DNA from: an uncultured Methanosarcinaceae archaeon | GTDB lineage: Archaea; Halobacteriota; Methanosarcinia; Methanosarcinales; Methanosarcinaceae | Length of the DNA stretch: 64,000 nucleotides | Assembly (NCBI GenBank): GCA_963733675.1 | Contig: CAVTET010000004.1 | Location: 256,001-320,000 of the forward strand | Direction: 5' to 3' | Translations under genes and position numbers: made by a program | Notes under the pieces: model-generated | What the model saw: only the letters and a program-made list of their open reading frames with translations | What the model was told of the DNA's origin: nothing | Databases searched by the model: none | Shown: positions 20,809 to 32,155 of the stretch, in pieces | How positions within the stretch are numbered: position 1 is the stretch's first letter | Layout of the letters: each line of letters starts with the position of its first letter

Positions 20809-21606
20809 ATGGACAAAGGAAGTATACACGATGCATTGCTCAAAGAGCTTTCAGGATTTGATTGCTTACTCATTTCATATTCTGGGGGTATAGACAGCAC
20901 TTTACTTGCAATATTTGCGCAAAAGGCACTCCACGAGAGAGCCAAGTGTATACTTTTTGATGCGCCTATAGTCCCAAGAAGAGCAGTTAATGATGCAATT
21001 GAAATCGCATGTAAATTCGGTTTATCCTACAGCATATTGCCTTTTTCCATAATGGAAAATGAAGAATTCAGGAAAAATAGCCCCAATCGTTGCTACATTT
21101 GCAAAAAACAATCTGCAAGGATTTTACGGGAACAAACTGAAAAGCTGGGAATTTCAAATATAGCAGATGGAATCAATGCTTCAGATCTTGATGAATACCG
21201 TCCAGGGCTTCAAGCAAGTAATGAAGAAAAGATCATTCATCCCTTTCTTTCTCTAGAAATTCAAAAAACTGAAATAAGGCAAATAGCTAAGGAATGTGGT
21301 TTTGATTTTTGGAACAAACCTTCATCTTCATGCCTTGCATCGCGAATTCCATACGGTGACGAAATCACGCTCGAGAAGCTGGAAATGGTGGAAAACGCGG
21401 AGAATATAATGCACGATCTGGGTTTTTCCAATTTGCGTGTACGTCTGCATGGTAAAATTGCACGAATCGAGTTGATACCTGAAGAATTCGAGAAAGCAAT
21501 AAACATTCGACATAGAATCGGGGAGTTATTGCAAGAATGCGGTTTTTCTTATGTCACTCTCGATCTTAAAGGATATAGAAGCGGCAGTATGGATGAAGTG
21601 CTATGA
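20809..21606 (+). CDS. larE: ATP-dependent sulfur transferase LarE family (PP-loop)
   Basis: SYSGGIDST, NRCYICKK, DEYRPG, KPSSSCLASRIPYG, RVRLHG, GYRSGSMD. Confidence 0.88.
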   Translation: MDKGSIHDALLKELSGFDCLLISYSGGIDSTLLAIFAQKALHERAKCILFDAPIVPRRAVNDAIEIACKFGLSYSILPFSIMENEEFRKNSPNRCYICKKQSARILREQTEKLGISNIADGINASDLDEYRPGLQASNEEKIIHPFLSLEIQKTEIRQIAKECGFDFWNKPSSSCLASRIPYGDEITLEKLEMVENAENIMHDLGFSNLRVRLHGKIARIELIPEEFEKAINIRHRIGELLQECGFSYVTLDLKGYRSGSMDEVL

Positions 21607-21698
21607 AAATTGAAAATTATGTCGTTGATTTCCAGACACCTCAATATCTCCATCATGTGGATAATGCCGCAACAAGTCTGATTCATGATCAGTCATGA
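21603..21698 (+). pseudogene. N-terminal remnant of a cysteine desulfurase-like gene
   Basis: MKIENYVVDFQTPQYLHHVDNAATSL, ATGA-coupled to larE; resembles DFP...YLDNAATS. Confidence 0.55.
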
Positions 21699-22420
21699 CT
21701 TTGATTAACGAATACAATCGACAATATCACGCTAATGTGCAGTTTCAACCTTTTACACTAGAACAGGGAATACACATATATATAGGATTTTTTGGATAGG
21801 ATATTAAGGTCCGTATAAATAATGGCTGTCTGTAGACTCAATGCTCTTATAAGGTAATAAGTTCTGGATTAATACATTAAGTGGGCTTTTCCCAGACAAC
21901 TGTTACTTGTTGAAGAAGATTTTCCTCTGAAATGGTAAGAAAATTTCTGATAGCCAATATTTCTATTGTTGCCTCCAAAGTACCACCACTAATCCCGCCA
22001 TAAGTATGGGAAACGATCAGATTTTGTTATTGTTGAACGTTGTCCAAAGTCAAAACAGAAACATCTACACCAACATGAACAGGGGTAAGAATCATGAATG
22101 TGTTTGATCATACCATCCTGAACACTCTGCTTGATAGAACTTGGACTCTTTTAGAGAGGTCTCATCATTTTCGTTGGTATAAATTAGTGATTTAGAATAA
22201 ATTTATTAAGCATCATATAACTCTTTCTGCCCTGGATCTGTCTGATTTCCATAGCAAAATCAGAACAGAACCTCCCACCGATTATATTAAAAATTTCGAT
22301 AACTCACCGATTTTCACAAGTCATTTATATGCTATTTATAAGCATGTAATGAAATTAAGAAGTTTATCGAAATCTTCTATATATTCCAGTATGGAACGTA
22401 ATACTCCTAGACTGATATTT

Positions 22421-23377
22421 TCAGGTGGACTGTTGATCTTGTACTTGTTCTTTGAATCGATTCCAGTTCCAAGGTTCATCAAGGATATTGACACTAACTT
22501 TTTCTATTCCGCCCACGTTCAGAACTTTTCGCTTTACTTGGTCCTTGAGGTATTCTGCCATAGGGCAAATATTTGTTGTCAATACAAGGTTTACGTCTAC
22601 ATTTGCTCCATCCACAATTACTTCTTTGACCATCCCCATCTTGACAATATCTATACCAACCTCTGGATCGATTACTTGTTTCAGCTGGGAATAAATTTGT
22701 TCATCTTTTTTAGGAACGGTTTTTTGTAAAAATGTCCTGTGCAAAGGTGCATATTTTTGTGCATGAGCCTGTTCTTCTAGCCTGCTCAACCTGTCAAGCA
22801 TTTGGCTTACTAAAGACAGCATGGGGTCAGGTAACTTATTGTGATCCAGTTGCCCTGCAGATACCGCTGGCTGTGGCTCTGCAATTCTGGCAGGGACCCC
22901 CACAACAGTAGCTTCGGGTGGGACTGATCGAATTACAACCGAGCCTGCACCTACTTTAGCACCTCTTCCAATAGTAATTGGTCCAAGTACAATCGAACCT
23001 GAACCAAGAACAACGTCTTTCTCAACAGTAGGATGGCGTTTTATCCTCTCAAGGGCTGTTCCTCCAAGTACAACTCCCATGTATATGAGGACGTCATCAC
23101 CTACTTCAGCAGTTTCACCAATTACTACGCCAGACCCATGATCAATAAATACCCGCTTTCCGAGTTTTGCTCCAGGGTGAATCTCAATTCCTGTAAGTGT
23201 CCTGGAGATATGGGATAGCAAACGAGCAAAAAAAAAGAAATGTTTTTCCCAGAGAAAGTGAGATAATCGATGAAACCAGACAGCATGCAGTCCTGGATAA
23301 CAGCAAAGTACTTCCAGAGTAGACCTTGCTGCAGGATCTTTTTCAAAAACTGTCCTTACATCTTCCCTGATTCCCAT
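22421..23377 (-). CDS. cysE: Serine O-acetyltransferase with C-terminal DUF59 (SufT/MIP18-like) domain
   Basis: [40 protein letters not shown]; C-terminal [16 protein letters not shown]...LTTNICPM...PWN. Confidence 0.93.
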   Translation of the reverse strand: MGIREDVRTVFEKDPAARSTLEVLCCYPGLHAVWFHRLSHFLWEKHFFFFARLLSHISRTLTGIEIHPGAKLGKRVFIDHGSGVVIGETAEVGDDVLIYMGVVLGGTALERIKRHPTVEKDVVLGSGSIVLGPITIGRGAKVGAGSVVIRSVPPEATVVGVPARIAEPQPAVSAGQLDHNKLPDPMLSLVSQMLDRLSRLEEQAHAQKYAPLHRTFLQKTVPKKDEQIYSQLKQVIDPEVGIDIVKMGMVKEVIVDGANVDVNLVLTTNICPMAEYLKDQVKRKVLNVGGIEKVSVNILDEPWNWNRFKEQVQDQQST

Positions 23378-23407
23378 TTAGAACCTCCAATGTCAATTTC
23401 AAATAGA

Positions 23408-24334
23408 TCAATCAAACAGATCGGTACTCAGATAACGCTCTCCAGTATCCGGTAAGATTACAACAATCATTTTCCCGATCATTTCCACCCTGTAAGCAAC
23501 TTGCAATGCCGCATATGTAGCTGCACCTGAAGATATGCCTGCAAGGATACCTTCTTCTCTTGCTAATCTTTTGGCAGTAACAGCGGCATCGTCTCCATCT
23601 ACCTTAATTATCTCATCAACCAGGTCAAGCCGGAGTACATCAGGAATGAACCCTGCACCGATGCCTTGTATTCTATGGGGTCCGGGTTTTCCTCCGCTGA
23701 GAACTGGAGACTCTGCGGGTTCGACTGCAACTACCTTGAAAGTAGGTTTCCGTTTTTTGATGATGCTGGCAACACCTGTAATGGTTCCCCCTGTTCCCAC
23801 GCCTGCTACAATAGCATCCACCTTGCCATCAGTATCTTTCCATATTTCCTCGGCAGTCGTCCGGCTGTGGATTTCCGGGTTTTCAAGGTTCTGAAATTGC
23901 TGAGGTATAAAATAAAGCATAGGATCTTCTGCAGCCATTTGTTCTGCTCTACGGACTGCTCCTTTCATTCCTTCGCTTCCGGGTGTCAGGACGAGTTCTG
24001 CTCCCAGCGCCTTCAGTAGCTTTCTCCTTTCGATAGTCATTTTCTCAGGCATGACCAGTATCAATTTATAGCCACGGGCAGCACATACGCTTGCAAGTGC
24101 TATACCCGTATTACCGCTAGTTGGCTCAATTATGATAGTACCATTTTTGATCTTTCCTTCGCGTTCAGCTCCTTCGATCATTGCCAATCCAATTCTATCC
24201 TTTACACTTCCCAGTGGGTTAAAAGACTCCAGTTTGACTACCACATCAGCATACAGATCTTCTGTCATATGATTTAACCTAACAAGCGGTGTGTTACCTA
24301 TTGTCCATGTTATGTCGGAGTATATTTTTCCCAT
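23408..24334 (-). CDS. cysK: Cysteine synthase A (start set at MGKIYS)
   Basis: [52 protein letters not shown]. Confidence 0.97.
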   Translation of the reverse strand: MGKIYSDITWTIGNTPLVRLNHMTEDLYADVVVKLESFNPLGSVKDRIGLAMIEGAEREGKIKNGTIIIEPTSGNTGIALASVCAARGYKLILVMPEKMTIERRKLLKALGAELVLTPGSEGMKGAVRRAEQMAAEDPMLYFIPQQFQNLENPEIHSRTTAEEIWKDTDGKVDAIVAGVGTGGTITGVASIIKKRKPTFKVVAVEPAESPVLSGGKPGPHRIQGIGAGFIPDVLRLDLVDEIIKVDGDDAAVTAKRLAREEGILAGISSGAATYAALQVAYRVEMIGKMIVVILPDTGERYLSTDLFD

Positions 24335-24653
24335 GCAATTACCTTCTCCTGCTGTCTTCTCTAAATTCATGTAATTTAATTCATTCAAAAATATATCAAA
24401 AATTGCCAGTAATACATATTTTTTCACTTGAAACCTTTATCGAGCATAATTACAGAGGATTTCAATAAAGCTCTAATTTACACGAGTCACCTGTATATAA
24501 TTTGTACACTATTTCTATACAATTTGTAAGGGTATGACAAAATTTAGAGGTTTGATCGAAATCTCTACATCTTATCTTAAGCATTACAAAGCGCCTGAAA
24601 TTTTGCAATTCTGAGCTAGCATTTATATCGCAATATAAAGCGATTTACAAAAT

Positions 24654-24669
24654 ATTCACAATTGTGAAT
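24654..24669. promoter_or_regulatory. Palindromic operator ATTCACAATTGTGAAT (site 2, upstream of cysK-cysE)
   Basis: Identical to site 1. Confidence 0.75.
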
Positions 24670-24872
24670 TTAGCTTATGTTAGATATATAGTTATCAAGG
24701 AGCTTTTGTACCTAAGAGTATAAAATTGGCGAAAACTCTGAATTCTTTTATTTTTTTACCTATGTACTTGTAAACTCGATTATTTCAGCGCATATAGGAA
24801 TCCGCTTGTTCTCAACTGCAGCCGCTCTATCAATTGCAAAAAAGAAAATAAGATTCGCATAGTGTATTGGAA

Positions 24873-25100
24873 GGTTCCGTTGCAAAATAATATTTTTGCA
24901 TTTTGACACTATAATTTCCGCCTTTATGTGTCATTTTTTTCTAATGAAAATGATTAACTTTCCGAATTGTAAAGATATTTTCTGATTTTGCAAGAAAGCC
25001 ATATTTTTTGCACCAGAGCCCTGAAACCTATATCAAAGTAAAAGGTAAATTGAAATATTTTTACCGAGCAGTTGACTCAAATGGAGATACAATTGATTTC
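24873..25100. mobile_element. IS6-derived remnant: TIR-bounded short element plus internal transposase fragment
   Basis: GGTTCCGTTGCAAA at 24873, degenerate ends near 25000/25019, then ETYIKVKGKLKYFYRAVDSNGDTIDFMLS fragment. Confidence 0.75.
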
Positions 25101-25814
25101 ATGTTAAGTGCAAAACGAAACCGGATGAATAGCTAATGATTGTTTGATAAAATTTATGTTTTCTTGTCTTCATTGATGCATAGGTTTTATAGCAAAAAAT
25201 ATGCATAAACTAGAAAATAAAAGTTTTTTCGCGTTTTTTTAGATCTTAAATTGATTGTAGTTAATTGCGAGTTAAATTAACGATAAATTTTGGCAATCAC
25301 AGAAAATAGTAAAAGATTTCCGAAAACAATAAAAATATTTTTAGTATTAGATAGTTGTTTATTTTAAAATAATCTTTGGGAAAGTAATTTTTAATTAGAA
25401 ACTATTAAAAATAATTATTCAGTTGAAAAGTGATTACTTCAAGAAATTAACATCGAATCGAAATTTGATTTCCCCACAATATATTTTTGGTAAGATTATA
25501 CGTATTGCACATCAATTTAGAAATTGAAAGTATAAATTTTCCACTTAAAATAGCAAAGAGCGTATAATCTTAATTTATTTTGCTTCTTTAGGAAAAGCAT
25601 AATGTTAGGTTCTAACAAGTTTGGAAATAATAAAAAATAATTATTAATATTTAATTGCTCTTTGAATGTGAAATATTTAATGCAGCATTATTTTTCGTTT
25701 AGAAACTTTTTTTCGTATCATTAATTTAAAATAATGACGGTGACAAAAATAACACACCAATAAGCATGTACATCATCAGCACATAAAAATTGAGCAAAAA
25801 TAGGTATATAATTA

Positions 25815-26864
25815 ATGGGAAAACACGCATTTGAGAAGACAAAAAAGATACTGAATATTTTAACGATAATTTTTTGTTTTTTGATTTTGGCAACTATCCC
25901 AATCGCTGTGTGTTATGCAAAAGCACCAACCGAAGTTACAATGCCAGTTCCCACACTGGCTCCTATACCAATCAATGCAACAACAAACTACCAAGATTCT
26001 CAATGGTTGGCAATGTATCTATCAAATTCACTTGTTGTAACTAATGATATGAAATACCTAGGTACTGCATTAATAAACAACAATTTTACATCAGCTAACA
26101 ACGAGTTCACGTCAGTCTCTACATGTGCAAATACTTTAGACATAAATAGCCAGAAAGCTATAAATGATAGTGATTTATACAGTGTATCACCTGATTTACA
26201 AAGCGCAAAAGATGAATATCGACTACAAATGGTACAGGCCAAAAGTGCAGCAGTTTATATTTATCATGGAATCGAAGCTTATAATAAAGGAGATATTGAA
26301 GCCGGAAACTCGTATATGGAACAAGCTGTTCATAGTCTTTATTTAGTCACAAAACATGCTAATAAAACGGAAAAACTATTAAAAGCTTATATTCCTGCCT
26401 TGATCCAAGTACCAATCAATGCAACAACAAACTACCAAGATTCTCAATGGTTAGCAACGTATCTATCAAATTCACTTGTTGTAGCTAATGACATGAAATT
26501 CCTAGGTACTGCGTTAATGAACAACAATTTTACATCAGCTAACAACGATTTCACGTCAGTCTCTACATATGCAAATACTTTATATAAAGATAGCCAGAAA
26601 GCTATAAATGATAGTGATTTATACAGTGTATCGCCTGATTTACAAAGTGCAAAAGATGAATATCGACTACAAATGATACAAGCCAAAAATGCAGCCGTTT
26701 ATAATTATCATGGAATCGAATCTTATAAAAAAGGAGATATTGAAGCCGGAGACTCTGAGATGAAACAAGCTATTCAAAGTATTAATTCCATCACAGAACA
26801 TGCTAATAAAACGGCAAAGCTACTGAAAGCGGTTCCGTTGCAAAAAATTCAAAAAAATATGTGA
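25815..26864 (+). CDS. Exported/membrane-anchored protein with 148-aa tandem duplication, C-terminus cut by IS6
   Basis: N-terminal hydrophobic helix, PT linker, 444-bp repeat (25966 and 26410); last residues derive from IS6 end at 26831. Confidence 0.8.
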   Translation: MGKHAFEKTKKILNILTIIFCFLILATIPIAVCYAKAPTEVTMPVPTLAPIPINATTNYQDSQWLAMYLSNSLVVTNDMKYLGTALINNNFTSANNEFTSVSTCANTLDINSQKAINDSDLYSVSPDLQSAKDEYRLQMVQAKSAAVYIYHGIEAYNKGDIEAGNSYMEQAVHSLYLVTKHANKTEKLLKAYIPALIQVPINATTNYQDSQWLATYLSNSLVVANDMKFLGTALMNNNFTSANNDFTSVSTYANTLYKDSQKAINDSDLYSVSPDLQSAKDEYRLQMIQAKNAAVYNYHGIESYKKGDIEAGDSEMKQAIQSINSITEHANKTAKLLKAVPLQKIQKNM

Positions 26865-27029
26865 ATTTATAAGTAATGAATAAAAGTCAAAATATTCAAG
26901 GAAAATGTACCAACATTATAAAACTATACCAAACAATTGATTAATATATTTAACTTCATTAAGAACAGAGTAATTTAGATTATTGACTTGTCCTTTTTTG
27001 ACCACATTCATAGCTTCAATTCCTTTTAA
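26831..27029 (-). mobile_element. IS6 right-end fragment, inverted
   Basis: Reverse complement of the last ~200 bp of the adjacent copy. Confidence 0.9.
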
Positions 27030-27886
27030 GGTTCCGTCGCAAAAAAAATTCTTTCTAATGATACAATAGAATAAAAAGAAAACCAAAGATAGTAATATGC
27101 TATCTGATTCCTTTAAATGGAAGCATTATGAAGGAGAAATTATCCTATTGAATGTAAGATGGTACTTAAAATACCCACTGAGCTATAGAAATTTAAAGGG
27201 AATGATGATAGAAAGAGGAATTCAAGTTGATCACAGTACTATAATGAGACGGGTCCATCAATATTCTCCTGAAATAGAAAAGAAGATAAGAAGACATTTA
27301 AGACCAACAAATGATTCGGGGAGAGTTGATGAAACCTATATCAAAATAAAAGGTAAATGGAAATATCTTTATCGAGCAGTTGACTCAAATGGAGATACAA
27401 TTGATTTCATGTTAAGTTAAAAACGAAATAGAAAAGCAGCGAATAGATTCTTTAAGAAAGCTTTAAGTTCAAATCATAATCAAATTCCAAGAGTAATAAC
27501 CGTTGATAAGAATCCAGCTTATCCACCTGCTATAGATAAACTGAAAAATGATAAAATACTACCTAAAAACGTAGGCATTCGACAAATCAAGTATTTGAAT
27601 AACATTATAGAACAAGATCATCGATATATAAAGCGGATAATTGCTCCAATGTTAGGATTTCAGTCTTTTCAATCTGCTAATAAAACCTTAAAAGGAATTG
27701 AAGCTATGAATGTGGTCAAAAAAGGACAAGTCAATAATCTAAATTACTCTGTTCTTAATGAAGTTAAATATATTAATCAATTGTTTGGTATAGTTTTATA
27801 ATGTTGGTACATTTTCCTTGAATATTTTGACTTTTATTCATTACTTATAAATTCACATATTTTTTTGAATTTTTTGCAACGGAACC
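27030..27886 (+). mobile_element. IS6-family element, transposase inactivated by in-frame stops
   Basis: TIRs GGTTCCGTCGCAAA / TTTGCAACGGAACC; ORF pieces 27097-27420 and 27595-27801. Confidence 0.94.
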
Positions 27887-27970
27887 ATTCATAGTGTATG
27901 ACATACACAAAAAGATTGTAGAAATAATTTGCATCAAATTAAGGATTTCTACATAGCCCAATCTAAATAT

Positions 27971-28013
27971 GTTTCCATCCCAGTAGCAAGCTGCGGTGTA
28001 TTCAACTTAAATA
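27971..28013. repeat. Short REP-like palindromic repeat
   Basis: TTTCCATCCCAGTAGCAAGCTGCGGTGTATTCAACT, just past the regulator stop codon. Confidence 0.5.
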
Positions 28014-28018
28014 AGCTT

Positions 28019-28387
28019 TTATTTTTCAAGTTTTATTTCTTTCTTACCTAAATCTTCGAGACCAAAACTGCTTTTACAGTTACTTTCAATTCCTCTTGCA
28101 TTTACGCAGATCTGACATATCCTTGCCACAAAGTCGTCGACTTTGTTGTCAATCAAGTCCTGTGCAAGCTTTTCGATCAATTCCTTCGTTTCGCCCTCAA
28201 ATTCGATCCTGTACCCTCTTTTTCCCAAGATATACTGGGAAACTGCTGACGGCGCAATCCCCAGCAACTTTGCAGAAGTTGCCTGTGACTGTCCTTTATT
28301 TACAAGTTCTATTGCAAGACTGGCTCTTATTGCAGGGACAAGATCCCATACAGCCTTCTGACATGGAGTTTCCATAATCACCATCAT
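28019..28387 (-). CDS. XRE/Cro-type HTH transcriptional regulator with Cys motifs
   Basis: METPCQ...VPAIRASLA..L...GQSQATSAKLLGIAPSAVSQY..GKRG...ICQIC; divergent from iscS. Confidence 0.9.
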   Translation of the reverse strand: MMVIMETPCQKAVWDLVPAIRASLAIELVNKGQSQATSAKLLGIAPSAVSQYILGKRGYRIEFEGETKELIEKLAQDLIDNKVDDFVARICQICVNARGIESNCKSSFGLEDLGKKEIKLEK

Positions 28388-28397
28388 ACTTACTGAA

Positions 28398-28409
28398 TCA
28401 CAATTGTGA
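28398..28409. promoter_or_regulatory. Operator TCACAATTGTGA (site 3, ~10 bp upstream of regulator start)
   Basis: Perfect 12-bp core palindrome. Confidence 0.75.
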
Positions 28410-28580
28410 ATTAGTATATTGTATATCCCTATATATTACTTTCATTGTAAAAAATAATTGTACTGGGATTGAGCTACAAATTGATGATTTCTATACAAAC
28501 AGCTAGTTTTTAAAAATTTGTCTAATTTATCCTAATGTATCACACGATAAAAATTAAATAGTGATAATCTTTATGATTAT

Positions 28581-28592
28581 TAACAATTGTGA
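28581..28592. promoter_or_regulatory. Operator variant TAACAATTGTGA (site 4, just upstream of iscS)
   Basis: One mismatch to core; between TTTATGA and the iscS start. Confidence 0.6.
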
Positions 28593-28602
28593 AGGTGTAG
28601 GT

Positions 28603-29787
28603 GTGACAGTTGAGAACGTGAAAATTTACATGGACAACTCTGCTACAACTCCTGTAAGAAAAGAAGTTGTCGAAAGTATGATACTTTACATGACAGAAAA
28701 TTTCGGAAACCCTTCTTCAATTCATGATCTGGGGAAAACCTCTAAACATGCAATCGAAAACGCAAGAAAAAAGGTTGCAAAAGCTATAGGTGCTGAAGAA
28801 TATGAAGTTTATTTTACATCAGGAGGGACCGAATCCAATAACTGGGCAATAAAGGGGATAGCCTTTGCAAACAGGAATAAAGGAAAACATATCATCACCT
28901 CCTCGATAGAACATCATTCAGTCCTGCACGCATGTGAATGGCTAGAAGGACAGGAATTTGAGGTAACATATCTCCCTGTGGATAAATATGGAGTAGTATC
29001 TCCTGAGGAACTTAAGAACGCAATTAGGGACGATACGATACTCATTTCCATAATGTTTGCGAATAACGAAATTGGGACAATTCAACCTGTAGAAGAAATC
29101 GGAAAAATTGCAAGAGAAAACAGAATATATTTCCATACCGATGCGGTTCAGGCAGTAGGCCATATCCCTATAGATGTCAATAAAATGAATATTGACCTTC
29201 TATCCCTTTCAGGACATAAATTCCAAGGACCTAAGGGATGCGGAGTACTCTACATAAAAACAGGAACAAAAACAGAAACGCTTATTCATGGTGGGAATCA
29301 GGAAAGAAAACGAAGGGCTGGAACCGAAAATGTCTCAGCTATTGTAGGTATTGGGAAGGTTATAGAGCTTGCAACAGGTGAGATTGAAGAATCAAACAAA
29401 ATCTTGCTTGAAATGAGAGAGAGCCTGATTAAAGGTCTTATTAAGATTCCGAAAACCCATCTTAATGGGCATCCCACACAAAGGCTTGCAAACAACATAA
29501 ATGTAACTTTTGCATACATAGAAGGGGAATCTCTTCTGCTTATGTTAAATGCGAAAGGAATTTTTGCATCTGCAGGAAGCGCTTGTAACTCTTCTTCTAT
29601 CGAAACCTCGCATGTGCTTACAGCTTGTGGAGTCACGCATGAGATAATTCGCGGTTCTTTGAGATTGAGTCTTGGAATGATGAATACCCCAGAAGATGTG
29701 GATAGGGTACTTGAGATTCTTCCTGAAATAGTGCAGAAGCTAAGAAATATGTCACCATTGACGCCTCAGGAATATAGGACTCTTTAA
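28603..29787 (+). CDS. iscS: Cysteine desulfurase IscS/NifS (start set at GTG, MTVEN)
   Basis: YMDNSATT, GNPSS, FTSGGTES, HTDAVQA, SGHKFQGPKG, SAGSAC. Confidence 0.96.
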   Translation: MTVENVKIYMDNSATTPVRKEVVESMILYMTENFGNPSSIHDLGKTSKHAIENARKKVAKAIGAEEYEVYFTSGGTESNNWAIKGIAFANRNKGKHIITSSIEHHSVLHACEWLEGQEFEVTYLPVDKYGVVSPEELKNAIRDDTILISIMFANNEIGTIQPVEEIGKIARENRIYFHTDAVQAVGHIPIDVNKMNIDLLSLSGHKFQGPKGCGVLYIKTGTKTETLIHGGNQERKRRAGTENVSAIVGIGKVIELATGEIEESNKILLEMRESLIKGLIKIPKTHLNGHPTQRLANNINVTFAYIEGESLLLMLNAKGIFASAGSACNSSSIETSHVLTACGVTHEIIRGSLRLSLGMMNTPEDVDRVLEILPEIVQKLRNMSPLTPQEYRTL

Positions 29788-29897
29788 GAAAACGAATGAG
29801 GGAAACAAAATAAGATGGAGAATTGCTAAGAAATTTTGAGTTAGAAGAAGTTTTTTGAATAATTTGAAGATTGGAAAATATTGATAGAGGATGGCTC

Positions 29898-30278
29898 ATG
29901 GATTACAGCGCTAAAGTGATGGACCATTTTTTAAATCCCAGAAATATGGGAAGTATTGAGAACAGTGATGGAATAGGTGAGGTTGGAAACGCAAAATGCG
30001 GAGATTTAATGAAGATATTCCTCAAAATAGACGGAGATCGGATTGCAGACGTGAAGTTCCAGACGTTTGGATGCGTGGCTGCAATCGCATCAAGCAGTAT
30101 GGCAACCAAACTAATCAAAGGAAGAACTCTGGAAGAAGCTTGGAATCTTTCAAATAAAGCAGTTGCAGAAGCGCTTGATGGGCTCCCACCGACAAAAATG
30201 CACTGTTCAATGCTTGCAGAAGAAGCAGTCCATGAAGCTATTAACGACTATCTCAGAAAAAAAGGACTTGAGTCCTGA
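29898..30278 (+). CDS. iscU: Fe-S cluster scaffold IscU/NifU
   Basis: YSAKVMDHFLNPRN, CGD, FGCVAAIAS, KMHCS. Confidence 0.96.
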   Translation: MDYSAKVMDHFLNPRNMGSIENSDGIGEVGNAKCGDLMKIFLKIDGDRIADVKFQTFGCVAAIASSSMATKLIKGRTLEEAWNLSNKAVAEALDGLPPTKMHCSMLAEEAVHEAINDYLRKKGLES

Positions 30279-30529
30279 ATAGAATGATTTGTTATAACTA
30301 TTCAGCCTACTAAAAATCAACTTATTGATATTGATTTTTATGTAGCAGACAAATGCTATTACTAGCCATGCTAAAAAGCGTGATTAAAAGCCAACAATTG
30401 ATGCAAATTATTTCAGAAAAGTATCCCAATTAAATCTTAAAAAAGGTGGCTATTGATGTTTATTTATCCGCTTAGAATAGTTACTATTTACTTTAAAAAT
30501 ATCAAGGATCCAAATTTTGGAGAAGAAGA

Positions 30530-31261
30530 ATGGATAAAAATATAACTGGAAAATATATCCGGCAAATAATGCTTTTTGGAGTAGAAGGCCAGGAAAAATT
30601 AAGCAAGGCAAGAGTATTTGTTGCTGGAACAGGGGGGTTAGGGTCTCCGATCTCAACTTACCTCGCGGTTGCAGGTATCGGGGAAATAATAATTGCAGAT
30701 TTTGATATAGTAGATTCCAGCAATCTGAATAGACAGTTTCTCCACCATGAAAGAGACATTGGAAGAGATAAGGTAGAATCTGCGAAAGAAAAACTTATTT
30801 CTCTAAATCCTGAAATAAAAGTGGATACGATCAAGGAAAAAATAACTGATGAAAATGTAAGCTCAATAGTCCCTCTTTGTGACCTGATCATAGATGCGCT
30901 TGACAATTTTGAGACTAGACATTCTTTGAATAAGCTTTCAGTTGAACGAAAAATACCCCTTATTCACGGCGCAGTATCAGGGTACAGGGGCCAAGTGACA
31001 ACAGTAATCCCAGGAAAAACACCATGTCTTTGCTGTTTATTCCCTAGCTCATTCAAAAAAGAAGTATTTCCGGTACTTGGAACAACCCCAGGAGTAATTG
31101 GTGCGATTCAGGCAAATGAAGCGATTAAATATATAACAGGCCAGGGAAAGCTTCTGGAAAATCGTCTCTTGTTATGGGACGGTTTTTCATGCTCTTTTAG
31201 CGAACTAAATGTTAACAAAACAGATAATTGTCCGGTATGCGGAATTAATGGGAAAGGATGA
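30530..31261 (+). CDS. ubaA: ThiF/MoeB/UbaA family adenylyltransferase (SAMP-activating E1)
   Basis: YIRQI, GTGGLGS, SNLNRQ, DALDNF, PCLCC, CPVCG. Confidence 0.9.
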   Translation: MDKNITGKYIRQIMLFGVEGQEKLSKARVFVAGTGGLGSPISTYLAVAGIGEIIIADFDIVDSSNLNRQFLHHERDIGRDKVESAKEKLISLNPEIKVDTIKEKITDENVSSIVPLCDLIIDALDNFETRHSLNKLSVERKIPLIHGAVSGYRGQVTTVIPGKTPCLCCLFPSSFKKEVFPVLGTTPGVIGAIQANEAIKYITGQGKLLENRLLLWDGFSCSFSELNVNKTDNCPVCGINGKG

Positions 31262-32155
31262 TAATTAAAAACTGATTTCTTTATTTTTACTCCTGCTGTT
31301 TGATGAACAAGATTATTATGGAAAACTGGAAAATTGCAGAAGAAATAAAAAACTTAGCAAATAAACGAATACAATAATCTTTGTACATTTTTACACACAT
31401 AATAAAGTTCAGAGCATTGAGGATTTTGTTGCAGATTTTCTTTCCCCTATAAAGTAGCAGTGATCTCAAAAGTTGGGTTTATAGTTTTTGCAGGCGTTCA
31501 TTTAATGGCAGACTCGACACCAATTATTTTTATTAAAATAATAATTATTTTATCTATTCAGAATTTAGGCTACCAGTGAAAGAATCATAACTGCAAAGTA
31601 TTTTAAAATTTGAGAAGGAAAACATCTAAAAGTAATTGTCATATGCTATGTTAATAACTCAGTCATAGTAAAAGCGGAATCTTGTATCTACACAAGTCTG
31701 CACCCAATAAATGTAGTAGATTTTATTGAAAACTGGTAGAGTATTTTCATTCCAGATAAAAATCTAGAAAAATTTGTATCCCTTCACACCAACAAAAAGC
31801 ATCACAGCATAAAATTTTTTGTACGTATTGAGTGCAAGTCTGAAATTATTAAACTTGCAGACCGCGTTCTTAGCATCTGAAATTATAACAAATATAAAAA
31901 GATCATGTTCTAAGGGATTTATAATCGAAACAGAAAAAGAAATAGTTAAAAATTTGAAAAGAAAATTCTATAATAAAAAAGATGTCCTGCTTCAGAGAAG
32001 GCCTTTTGCTATAATCTGGAGAAAAGTACTTCCTGATTTAATTTTAAGGAAAGCCGGGCGAATTAATTCTTCAACTACTCACTGAATATTTTCTTAAAGT
32101 ACTCTCGCCCATACTCTCCTTTTCTCGTATTAAGAAATAAATATTTATACTCGTA

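Noticed and set aside
21800-22170. Possible transposase remnant on minus strand (DETSLK)
   Set aside because: Too degraded to support a call
31500-32085. Possible gene remnant between ubaA and metX
   Set aside because: Looks coding-derived but no family could be recognised
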